DNA from: Terriglobia bacterium
Lineage (GTDB): Bacteria; Acidobacteriota; Terriglobia; UBA7540; JAPUME01
Reading direction: 5' to 3'
DNA length: 64,000 nucleotides
NCBI GenBank assembly: GCA_965222885.1
Contig: OZ244973.1
Span: 1,841,940 to 1,905,939 of the forward strand
Of this stretch, positions 31,659-43,199 are shown piece by piece. The translations under genes and the position numbers were made by a program. Every line of letters begins with the position of its first letter. Within the stretch, counting starts at the first letter, position 1. The notes beneath the pieces were generated by a model. That model had not been told where the DNA came from. It did not search any database and was given only the letters and a program-made list of their open reading frames with translations.

Positions 31659-32894
31659 CTATGGCAAGAGCCACCTGCGGAGACGGTCCAGAGCGGACTG
31701 GGCGGCCTGGTGCTGAATCCGGTCTCGATCCCCCAGAAACCGGTATTTCCGGGTTTCCGAACGCTGTTCATCTGCCAGTGCGATAAAAACCAGTCCCACT
31801 GGTTTTTCCTCGGTTCCTCCCTCGGGGCCGCACAGGCCCGTAACTGCCAACCCCAGGGAAGCGTTCATTTTTCTGCGAACCGACTCTGCCAGGGCCCGAC
31901 AGACCTCGGGGCTTGCACTGCCATGCTGCTCGATCAGTTCGCGACCGATTCCCCCGGGCCCTGTCTTGGAGACGTTCTGGTAGCAGACGATACCCCCTTG
32001 GAAGAAAGAAGAGCTTCCGGGTTGCGAGGTCATGCGTTGGGCGATTCTTCCTCCGGTGCAGCCCTCCGCAACCCCCAGCGTCATTCCCTTTGTCCTGAGC
32101 AGATTGCCGACGACCGTCTCCAGCGACTCGCCGCGGCTTGTAAATATGGCCTCCCCGAGTTCCGCCTCGATCTTGCTGCCGAGTTCATGGAGAAGGGCCT
32201 CGGCCTCCTTCCGGTTGACTCCCTTGGCCCGCAAGTGAATTTCTATTTCCCCGGGCGAGGCCAGCAGAGTCGTTTCCGGATTCGGATAGGGCGTGTAGAG
32301 CGGTGCGGTGCGCTGATCCACCTCGGATTCGGGAAGCCCTGCCACCTTATACACTCGCGTCAGGAGGACCTGGGGTGAGACCAGACGAGCCAGGCGGTCA
32401 AGGCACGAATCTTCAAATAGCGGCTGGAGCTCGGATGGAGGCCCCGGCAGGAGAATGATTTGTACCCCGGCATGATCGATCCACAATCCGGGGGCTGTCC
32501 CGTTCGGATTTGCCAGCCATTCGGCTCCTTTCGGCACCTGTGCCTGCCGCAGATTGATGGCGGGCATCTTGCGGCCATAACGTTGAAATCGTTCCTCGAT
32601 TTGTCGCCGGATTTCATCCACTTCCTGGAGAGGGAGGTGCAAGACCTGGGAAAAGACTTCTCGGGTGACGTCGTCTTCTGTGGGGCCTAAACCCCCGGTG
32701 GCAATAATGAGGGAGGAGCGGGACAGGGCCGCCTGGAGGACCTGAGCCAGCCGCCTCCGGTCATCTCCCACCACGGTCTTGAGGCGGACCTCAATGCCCA
32801 GGCGATTGAGTTTTTCAGTGAGATAGAGAGAGTTGGTATCCAGTCGGTGGGGCGTAAGCAGCTCAGAGCCGACGGCGATGATTTCCGCGTCCAT
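31659..32894 (-). CDS. cinA: Competence/damage-inducible protein CinA
   Basis: VGSELL, TGGLGPTEDDVT, PGPPSE; C-terminal PncC domain. Confidence 0.93.
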   Translation of the reverse strand: MDAEIIAVGSELLTPHRLDTNSLYLTEKLNRLGIEVRLKTVVGDDRRRLAQVLQAALSRSSLIIATGGLGPTEDDVTREVFSQVLHLPLQEVDEIRRQIEERFQRYGRKMPAINLRQAQVPKGAEWLANPNGTAPGLWIDHAGVQIILLPGPPSELQPLFEDSCLDRLARLVSPQVLLTRVYKVAGLPESEVDQRTAPLYTPYPNPETTLLASPGEIEIHLRAKGVNRKEAEALLHELGSKIEAELGEAIFTSRGESLETVVGNLLRTKGMTLGVAEGCTGGRIAQRMTSQPGSSSFFQGGIVCYQNVSKTGPGGIGRELIEQHGSASPEVCRALAESVRRKMNASLGLAVTGLCGPEGGTEEKPVGLVFIALADEQRSETRKYRFLGDRDRIQHQAAQSALDRLRRWLLP

Positions 32895-32943
32895 TTTTAG
32901 TTCTGCGTTTTTGTCGGACTGGCGCAGACCTTTCAGGTCTGCG
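32892..32943 (+). repeat. REP-like palindrome abutting the cinA start
   Basis: CTGG-CGCAGACC-TTTCA-GGTCTGCG hairpin; related copies at 29047 and 39696. Confidence 0.7.
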
Positions 32944-33081
32944 AAGCAGAGTTCCCCTCTCTGGGTCCTTTCCCAAGCACTTCAGGGTGATGTGGCTGAA
33001 CTCCGGCGCAACCCTCTGGGCCTGTTGTCAATCCTCGGCGCTGTTCGCGTGAACCGTAGGGAACGGACAGGCCGATGCCCT

Positions 33082-34101
33082 CTACTCGGGCAAGGCTCTC
33101 CCCTCGACCTGCCAGTCGAGTTCGTAAACTGCGTCAGTGGTCGCCAGGATCGTACTGTGATCTTTGGGGAAGGCTAGTCCCACCAGTCCGGAGCCCGCCA
33201 CGACCAACTCGGCCCGGCCCTGGGGCGTGACGCGGACAATCCCTCGTCGGCCGGCAAGGGAGGCGGCCACGTAGAGATTTCCCTCACGATCGAAAGCCAG
33301 GCCCTGCGGCCGGCCCAATCCCCGGTAAAATTCCGACACTTCGCCTTTGGGAGAGATACGGGAGATGAAATCAAAGCTGGATGTCGTCGGACCCGTCAGG
33401 TATAAAAAACCGTCGGGGCCGAAGGCCAGGTGGTAAGCCGCCATGCTGGGCTCGATGGTGGCGAAGACGAAAATCTTTCGATCCCGGTCGATTTTGAACA
33501 CCGTCCCGCTTCGGTCCCCCACGTAGAGGTTCTTCTCTTTATCGAAGGCAATCCCGGTGGCGATGCCCATGCCATCGGCATAAACCGAGCGATGCCCGTC
33601 GGGGGGCACCTGATAGACGTTCCCTTCGTATCGGCTGGAGACGTACATCTGATCGTCACGATCAAAGGCGATCCCGGTGGGATTCATCAACTCGGTAAGA
33701 AAAGTCTGCATCTTCCCTTTACGGTCGATTTTGTAAACGGAGACCGGCACCTTCTGTCCCCGTGAGCCGCTGAACGTGACGAAGATGTTTCCCTTCGTAT
33801 CGACGGCGGGATTGGCTACAAGATGCAGGTGGTCGGCGAGCCGCCGGCCGAGGGTCATGCGGGCGGAATGGCTCCGGGTTTCTGAGGTCTCCACGGTAAC
33901 GGAATTTTCAACGGCGGTCTCCGGGATCCGCACCAGCAGCCGGTTTTCCGAGCTGATGACAAGGGTCGCGGGGATCTCGCCGAAGCGCACCGTGGGTCGG
34001 CTGGCGCCATCCCGTTGAAATCCTCGCCCGTGGATTGCGATTTCCCCACCGGCAATGGCGGCATCCGGGACAATGCGATCAATATGCGGGTTTTCCTTCA
34101 T
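33082..34101 (-). CDS. IPT/TIG domain + NHL/SMP-30-like beta-propeller protein
   Basis: I.I.G.GF N-terminal motif; repeated P.G[IL]AFD..GNLYV blades. Confidence 0.8.
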   Translation of the reverse strand: MKENPHIDRIVPDAAIAGGEIAIHGRGFQRDGASRPTVRFGEIPATLVISSENRLLVRIPETAVENSVTVETSETRSHSARMTLGRRLADHLHLVANPAVDTKGNIFVTFSGSRGQKVPVSVYKIDRKGKMQTFLTELMNPTGIAFDRDDQMYVSSRYEGNVYQVPPDGHRSVYADGMGIATGIAFDKEKNLYVGDRSGTVFKIDRDRKIFVFATIEPSMAAYHLAFGPDGFLYLTGPTTSSFDFISRISPKGEVSEFYRGLGRPQGLAFDREGNLYVAASLAGRRGIVRVTPQGRAELVVAGSGLVGLAFPKDHSTILATTDAVYELDWQVEGRALPE

Positions 34102-34156
34102 GAATCGAAGACCTTCGAATTTCCCCCTGAATCCTTACGGATCGTTTCCTCGGTCT

Positions 34157-34639
34157 CTACGTCCAGAAAGTTCGGAGAGCGATCAGGATTGCCAAGCTAT
34201 AGACGCCCGCGACGGCATCGTCCAGCATGATTCCCCAGCCGCCGCCCAGGTGCTCCGCGCGGCCGGCCGGGAACGGCTTGAGGATGTCCATCACGCGAAA
34301 AAGTATAAATCCGACTGCGAACCCTTTCCAGCCCGGATTCGCCCAGCCCAGAAAAGTTACCAGTTGGCCGAAAACCTCGTCGATCACGATTCGAGCCGGA
34401 TCGGCATGCTGCAAGTGTCGCGTCGCGGTCCGCGAACTCCACAGACCCAGGATACCCACCGCCGCCAGGACTACCCCCTGAACCGCAAAAAGCGCAGCTT
34501 CCGAAACCGGTAGATGGGTGATCCCGGCCGCGAGCGCCAAGCCCACCAGCGAGCCAGCCGAACCCGGCGCGACCGGCGTGTTTCCCACCGGACCGCAGGT
34601 AGCGATCCAGAGGGCGAGCCGTGGGGCGGGTTCAGCCAC
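34157..34639 (-). CDS. pgpA: Phosphatidylglycerophosphatase A
   Basis: APGSAGS, IVIDEV, FRVMDILKP, MLDDAVAG. Confidence 0.93.
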   Translation of the reverse strand: MAEPAPRLALWIATCGPVGNTPVAPGSAGSLVGLALAAGITHLPVSEAALFAVQGVVLAAVGILGLWSSRTATRHLQHADPARIVIDEVFGQLVTFLGWANPGWKGFAVGFILFRVMDILKPFPAGRAEHLGGGWGIMLDDAVAGVYSLAILIALRTFWT

Positions 34640-34829
34640 TTCGCTTCCTCACGGGTTCGTCGTACGGGCGCGAATCGGAGCCATCCGCACCGCTCTGGAT
34701 GAGCGAAGGAATGACATAGCGCTCTGCGGCCCAATTTCCCAGGTCGATCTCCTTGCAGCCCGCGCTGCAAAAGGGGCGATGAGGATTTCCCGCATAGGTT
34801 GTTTTCTTCTTACAAATAGGACAACGCAT
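34632..34829 (-). CDS. yacG: DNA gyrase inhibitor YacG
   Basis: CPIC...RPFCS..C..IDLGNW. Confidence 0.9.
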   Translation of the reverse strand: MRCPICKKKTTYAGNPHRPFCSAGCKEIDLGNWAAERYVIPSLIQSGADGSDSRPYDEPVRKRSG

Positions 34830-35168
34830 CGAAAGCCCACCGGGAAAAGTTTAGCATAAGTTTGGTGATGGAGGGCTTTACTCGGCGCGCCGGGTCGCGG
34901 GAAGACCCCAGTCTTTGGATTCCAGCCTTTCCGGGTTCGTGATCTCGACCGGCATGCAAGGTGCGTCCATGCGCAGCGTGCCAGGCCGTTGAAGCCATAC
35001 GTTCAAGGGGATGGAATGATCCGCGCGTTGATTGGGGGCCGCCGGCTGGTTGGCGCCCGCTTGGGAGGTTCCCCGGTGTCGCATCGTGGACTTGTGAGAG
35101 AATTGTCACCTCAGAGGTTACAGTCCACCTGCATCTCCCTGGGCCTATTTCCGCTTGGTCCCATGGAA

Positions 35169-36404
35169 TTATCGGCCCACTCTTTTGTACACCTTAACGG
35201 TTTTTTGGGAAGAAGTGGCCAGAAACAGGCCGTTTTTGGAGAAGGCTGCGGTCACGACGGCAAGTTTATGATCCGAGAGGGTTTGGAGATGCTCTCCTGT
35301 CTGGGAGGACCACACCTTGACGGTCGCGTCCTCGGCGGCGGAAACCAGGGTCCGGCCGTCGGGTGAGAACTCGACCCAGTTGACCGGCGCGGTGTGCCCC
35401 TCCAGGACCTTCTTGGGGACCCAATCGGCGGTATCCCAGATTCGAATCACCTGACCGTCACCCGCGGTGGCGACCTGGGAACCATCGGGCGAAAAGGAGA
35501 TCGAGCGGGGCATGCCTTCATGGCCCCGCAGGGCCGCGACCATCTCTTTTTCTTTCAACCGGATTACCACCACGTCGCTCTGCGCGCTCCCAGCCAAGCG
35601 CGCGACCAGCATCCAGTGGCCATCCGGGGAAACACCGAAGAGCTCGGGCCGGCGGGTCAGACTTGCGATCTCCAATTTCATGCCTCGATTCTGCACCGGC
35701 GCCCAGATGTCGAAAGCCTCTCCCGAATAGCGGATCAAATAACGGAGCTGCGGGAAGTAAAAACCCTTCCCCGAATTCGGTTTGTCCACCAGGGCCTTGA
35801 CGGTACCCTCCAGCCCATCCCGGATCGTGTTCCACAGAAAGAGCATTTCCGGTGTCCGCACGCTCTGCTTGCTTCCTTCACTCCTGGGCATCTGGCCGAT
35901 GGCACGCACCAGGAGTGTCGTGTCGTCCACGAAGGGCGCCGAGAGGATGGTTAGATTCCTGACGTCCTCCACTTGCGGCTTCAAGACACGCTGGATGTCT
36001 TGACGAACCAGATTGAACAGCACAATCTTCCCTTGACCACACACAGCCAGGGTTCGACTGTCGGCCGAGAAGGGGGCGGCGGGCGCGGCGCTCGTCTCCA
36101 GATAACCTTCCAGCGTTGCCAGGGATACCCAGAGTGGGAGCTGTTCGCTACCGGGAATCGTCTCCACCTGGGATGAAAGGGGAAGGGCAGAGGAGAGGGT
36201 TACGAGCAAGACCGCCAAGCAGCAGATAGCCTCTCTGCGCCAGCCTCTCTCACCCCGGTCGATCCGGAGGTGAGCGCTCCGTCTTTCCTGCAACCCGTCA
36301 AGCGGCGTACAAGTCAAAGAACCTCTCCTCGTGCCATTTTCTCTACCAGATCGCGGTCGGCTTCGAGAAAAGGGTATCGCGGCAAATCGCGCCGCGCCAC
36401 CCAT
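35169..36404 (-). CDS. WD40 repeat protein (start uncertain, probably near 36260)
   Basis: GH...FSPDG...IWD repeats; signal-like segment CCLAVLLVTLSSA; the called start overlaps the NUDIX gene. Confidence 0.8.
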   Translation of the reverse strand: MGGAARFAAIPFSRSRPRSGRENGTRRGSLTCTPLDGLQERRSAHLRIDRGERGWRREAICCLAVLLVTLSSALPLSSQVETIPGSEQLPLWVSLATLEGYLETSAAPAAPFSADSRTLAVCGQGKIVLFNLVRQDIQRVLKPQVEDVRNLTILSAPFVDDTTLLVRAIGQMPRSEGSKQSVRTPEMLFLWNTIRDGLEGTVKALVDKPNSGKGFYFPQLRYLIRYSGEAFDIWAPVQNRGMKLEIASLTRRPELFGVSPDGHWMLVARLAGSAQSDVVVIRLKEKEMVAALRGHEGMPRSISFSPDGSQVATAGDGQVIRIWDTADWVPKKVLEGHTAPVNWVEFSPDGRTLVSAAEDATVKVWSSQTGEHLQTLSDHKLAVVTAAFSKNGLFLATSSQKTVKVYKRVGR

Positions 36405-36721
36405 TCAATCCGCTCAAACACGCGGTTTTCGGGCTGTCGGGCCGATCCGGTAACCTCGAAGAAGATCACCTCTACGAAACGGTCAGGGTAGCTGTGCTGC
36501 AAGCGATGGACCTGCCGGCCCACGTCGGCTTCCATCCCCAGTTCCTCGCGCAACTCGCGGCTGAGCGCGGCCTCCAGCGTTTCCCCGTTACGCACCTTGC
36601 CTCCGGGGAATTCCCATTGCATGCCGTAAGCGTCCGAGTGGTGCCTCTGGCATATTAAGATGCGCCCTTCGCGCACCAGGATGGCCGCCACGACCAGGAT
36701 CGGTTTTCCGGCCGAAGTCAT
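36314..36721 (-). CDS. NUDIX hydrolase, MutT/NudG-like
   Basis: WEFPGGK...ETLEAALSRELREELG Nudix box. Confidence 0.92.
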   Translation of the reverse strand: MTSAGKPILVVAAILVREGRILICQRHHSDAYGMQWEFPGGKVRNGETLEAALSRELREELGMEADVGRQVHRLQHSYPDRFVEVIFFEVTGSARQPENRVFERIEWVARRDLPRYPFLEADRDLVEKMARGEVL

Positions 36722-36891
36722 CGCAATTCATTCTAGCCCAAGTCACTTTTCTATTGAAACCATAGGGGGGAACCGTTCGTCTTACAAAATAGAGATATTG
36801 ACTCTTGGGCAGGGGATCGCCTTTTTTTCAATCGCGAGGGCCGATCCGGGGTTAAAGTGCCCCTCGGCCGTCTATTTTCATCACCGAAGGT

Positions 36892-38112
36892 GTGGCCATG
36901 CTGATTTCTGGAAAAACCACCTTGGTCCCGGGTCGGCTGCGGGTTGTCGGGGGCCTATTCTCGCGATGGTGCCAACCGGCAGGATTTGCCGCGCTGATTT
37001 GCTGGTCACTATGCCTGGCCGTGCCGGCCTCCGCACTGGAGACGCGGGTCGCCAAGGGAGAGGATGACAGCATCACCATTCGCAGTGGAGAGACGATTGA
37101 CGACACGCTGGTGGCCGTGGGAGACACTGTAAACGTCGATGGCGTCATCACCGGCAACCTTATCGTTTTAGCGAGGCGGGTTACCATCAAGGGCACGGTC
37201 GCCGGCGACCTCATCAGTCTCTCCCAGTATGTCGATCTGGACGGGGCGGTGAAGGGTAACGTCTTTTCCTGTGTCCAGAGTCTTCGCCTCCGCGGACAGG
37301 TGGCCCGCAGCCTCTATGGAATTGGCGAAGAAATCCGGATAGACGCGGGTGCGCGCGTCGATGTCGATGTGATTGCGTTCGGCCAAGAAGTGAGCACAGA
37401 CGGTGCCGTGGGGCGCGACCTTACCGCATTTGCCGGGTCCACGCATGTCCGAGGGGCCGTCGGTCGGAACCTTACCGCTCGCACGGGTCATTTGCGGGTG
37501 CTGGCTCCCGCGCGGGTGGGAGGGCATCTGACGGCGTATGTGAAAAAGAAGGAAAACCTCCACGTCGATTCCGATGTCGAGATTGCGGGCCGACGAGCGA
37601 CCCATCTTCCCAAGGCAAAGGCACCCTCAAAGTCCTACACCCGGCCGAGCTTCTATTTTTGGCAGGCGTTACGTTTGGCGGCAGCGTTCCTCACCGGGTT
37701 GCTGTTGTTCTGGCTCTTTCCGGCGCTGTTTGCGGTCCGATTGGAAACGGCTGGCGCGGTCCTGCGGACCATGGGAGTAGGCTTTCTGGCGCTGGTGGCT
37801 ACGCCGGTGGCGGCCTTCGTAGCAGCGATTACGCTCATTGGCCTGCCGGTCGGTTTGCTGGGAGGGGTTGCTTGGCTGGCCGGGCTCTACTTGGCGAAAA
37901 TTTTCGTGGGCGCCTTTCTCGGCCGGGCCCTGATGCGGTCTGCTGGCCGGCGCTCTTTTGCCGTGACTCTGCTGGTAGGACTGGTGATCTCGCTGGCAGC
38001 GGTGAGCATTCCCTACGCGGGATGGGTCATCCACTTCCTTTTCCTGTTGCTGGGATTGGGTATATTGGTCACGCAGGTGCGCGGGTACTGGTCGGGGTCC
38101 CGCGCGGGATAG
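36892..38112 (+). CDS. Bactofilin-like beta-helix repeat protein with C-terminal transmembrane domain
   Basis: Repeated V.[IV].G.V.G[DN]L units followed by several hydrophobic helices. Confidence 0.75.
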   Translation: MAMLISGKTTLVPGRLRVVGGLFSRWCQPAGFAALICWSLCLAVPASALETRVAKGEDDSITIRSGETIDDTLVAVGDTVNVDGVITGNLIVLARRVTIKGTVAGDLISLSQYVDLDGAVKGNVFSCVQSLRLRGQVARSLYGIGEEIRIDAGARVDVDVIAFGQEVSTDGAVGRDLTAFAGSTHVRGAVGRNLTARTGHLRVLAPARVGGHLTAYVKKKENLHVDSDVEIAGRRATHLPKAKAPSKSYTRPSFYFWQALRLAAAFLTGLLLFWLFPALFAVRLETAGAVLRTMGVGFLALVATPVAAFVAAITLIGLPVGLLGGVAWLAGLYLAKIFVGAFLGRALMRSAGRRSFAVTLLVGLVISLAAVSIPYAGWVIHFLFLLLGLGILVTQVRGYWSGSRAG

Positions 38113-38145
38113 CGCCGGGGGATTTGAGAAACGGAGGGTACTACC

Positions 38146-38589
38146 ATGAGTTGGGAACTGACCAGTTCAGCCTTTGCTCCGAACGGTGATATTCCGCGCG
38201 AATACACCTGCGACGCCGAAGACGCCTCGCCCGCGTTAAGCTGGGGAGAGCCTCCCGCGGGGACGCAAAGCATTGCGCTGATTATGGACGACCCGGATGC
38301 GCCGGGCGGCACCTGGGTCCATTGGGTGCTTTATGAGTTACCGGCGGCGACGCGTGAGTTGCCGCGCGATATTCCTACCCAAGAGACTTTGCCTGACGGC
38401 TCCCTACAGGGCTGGAATGATTTCCGCAAGATCGGCTACGGCGGCCCCGCGCATCGCTATTTCTTTAAGCTGTACGCGCTGGATAAGAGGCTCGACCTGC
38501 CCGGCGGAATGACCAAGGCCGACCTTCTCCGCGCCCTGGAGGGCCACATCCTCGCCCAGGCGGAATTGGTGGGCCGGTATAAACGATAA
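38146..38589 (+). CDS. YbhB/YbcL (PEBP) family protein
   Basis: DDPDAP, WVHWV, HRYFFKLYALD; CPP loop missing. Confidence 0.9.
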   Translation: MSWELTSSAFAPNGDIPREYTCDAEDASPALSWGEPPAGTQSIALIMDDPDAPGGTWVHWVLYELPAATRELPRDIPTQETLPDGSLQGWNDFRKIGYGGPAHRYFFKLYALDKRLDLPGGMTKADLLRALEGHILAQAELVGRYKR

Positions 38590-38618
38590 TGTCAACTCAT
38601 CGAGACTATGAAAGGTGA

Positions 38619-38875
38619 ATGACTGCCGTTCCTTCTCGACACATTGAAAGCCTCCCCGAACCCTCAAGGCCGCCGGATTTGCCGAAGCTCAAGTTGACGC
38701 CATCATTGCCACGATGGGAGACGCCTTCAGTGATACTGTCGTCGCCAAGCAGGACATTGCCCAGCTCAAGGCCGAGATATTCCGGGCGTTGTGGATTCAG
38801 GGCCTTGGTCTAATCGGTGCCTTGGCCGCCATCACTTCTCCCGTTGTCCTCCGGGCGATTACCACCTGCAAATGA
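38619..38875 (+). pseudogene. Frameshifted DUF1640/CCDC90-like gene
   Basis: MTAVP / DTLKAS / LKAAGFAEAQVDAIIATMGDAFSDTVVAKQDIAQLKAEIFRALWIQGLGLIG, paralogous to 38958..39221. Confidence 0.7.
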
Positions 38876-38957
38876 TCTGCGCGGTGATCGGGGCGGCCTT
38901 ACTGAGCTTCTTTGGCAAGGAGGCGCGCGTGGATACGGGCCTATCAGCGGGGCAAGG

Positions 38958-39221
38958 TTACGGAATGAGCTTCACCAGCGTCACCGTGATGCCAACAATG
39001 CCGACGGCCATCAGCCACAGGTGGCGGTAGAGCCGGGCTTCCAACGCCGCCATGTCGGCGCGAAGGGTAGCGACCACTTCCGTCAAGTCCGCCTTGGTGG
39101 CCACGTTTCTGCCGACGGCGCCGCCGACCGTGGCGACCACGGCTTCGGCTTGGGCTTCCTCAAACCCTGCTTCCCGGAGCGCCTTCGCGGCCTTGAGGGT
39201 GTCGAATGCGAGGGTGGTCAT
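38958..39221 (-). CDS. DUF1640/CCDC90-like coiled-coil membrane-anchored protein
   Basis: FDTLKAAKALREAGFEEAQAEA, VATKADL, C-terminal TM helix. Confidence 0.85.
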   Translation of the reverse strand: MTTLAFDTLKAAKALREAGFEEAQAEAVVATVGGAVGRNVATKADLTEVVATLRADMAALEARLYRHLWLMAVGIVGITVTLVKLIP

Positions 39222-39261
39222 GTGCGGGATGATACCACCAGGGCTTCAGTGAACAAGGGAG

Positions 39262-39560
39262 TGTACTCGTCCAGTAGATGAGTGACACTTTGCCTCCTGG
39301 GAAAGGGATTGGTTTTGGGTGAGGAACTCAAGAGGGGTCAGGGAACCGAGAGCTGGGTGAGGACGCACCGGGTTGTCGATGCGTTCCCAAGCCCGGAGAT
39401 CGCGAGGGAGGGCCGGGAGTGGAAACGAGTCGGGGATGACCTCCTGGAACTCCTCGGTAGGGGTAGGCTGGGCGCGTTCGACCCGGCCATGGAGTTGGGG
39501 CGAGCGGGGCGGCAAGACGAACCAGCGCAGGCCGCGCTGCCGGGTACGGCGTTGGGGGGT
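39262..39560 (-). mobile_element. Degenerate IS481-like transposase 3' end with terminal repeat
   Basis: VLPPRSPQLHGRVER...EEF...WERIDNPVRPHPALGSLTP; ends TGTCACTCATCTACTGGACGAGTACA (ACA terminus). Confidence 0.7.
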
Positions 39561-39569
39561 CGCCATGAC

Positions 39570-39630
39570 CTCAGCGGCTAAAGCCGCCTTCCTGACGGGA
39601 CTCTTAGCGGCACGGCTGAAGCCGTGCCCT
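39570..39630 (+). repeat. Double-hairpin palindromic repeat
   Basis: GCGGC-TAAA-GCCGC and GGCACGGC-TGAA-GCCGTGCC. Confidence 0.65.
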
Positions 39631-39691
39631 GACATCAAGGAGTCTGCATTCTCTGATTCGAGCGCCTCTTTTCCCTCATCTCCCCAAATCG

Positions 39692-39772
39692 GCGGCTGGC
39701 GCATACCTTTCAGGTCTGCGTCCCATGATCCCCAACTCCCCCTCATCGCAGACCCAAGGGTCTGCCCCACCC
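39692..39772. repeat. Inverted pair of REP-like palindromes (BIME-like)
   Basis: CTGGCGCATACCTTTCAGGTCTGCG facing CGCAGACCCAAGGGTCTGCCCCACC. Confidence 0.65.
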
Positions 39773-39974
39773 CGTCGGGAGGAAAAAGCCGGGCTGGCTC
39801 GATCTCGGCCTGAATGTCCAGGACCGGAAACGGCCTCCTCTCCCGCAACGGGTCCAGACGGATCCAGAAACCAGGTGCCGTGGTGGCCGGGGCGCGGAGA
39901 CAGTCCTCGACCCCGTCCCGGCGTGCGACCCGGTCCCTTCCCGCAAAGGGGTTCAGCTCCCCTCCCGGAACGGA

Positions 39975-39999
39975 CCGCGCCGCGCCGCGCCGCGCCGCG
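39975..39999. repeat. (CCGCG)5 microsatellite
   Basis: Five perfect pentamers. Confidence 0.85.
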
Positions 40000-40196
40000 C
40001 CCGAACACGTCGTCGCCGACCTCGCAGACCGAGCCGAAGATGGTGTTCGGCCCGCCAGCCTGAACCAAGCAGACGCCTTCCGCCATAATGCCTTCCCAAC
40101 CGCGCCGCAGGCAACAGGAACTCCCTTCCAAACCGGTCCCCTGAACCGCTGACAGTTTTGGTATAATGGCCGAATAGATCATTCGAGGACTCACGC

Positions 40197-43195
<2,999 letters not shown>

Positions 43196-43199
<4 letters not shown>

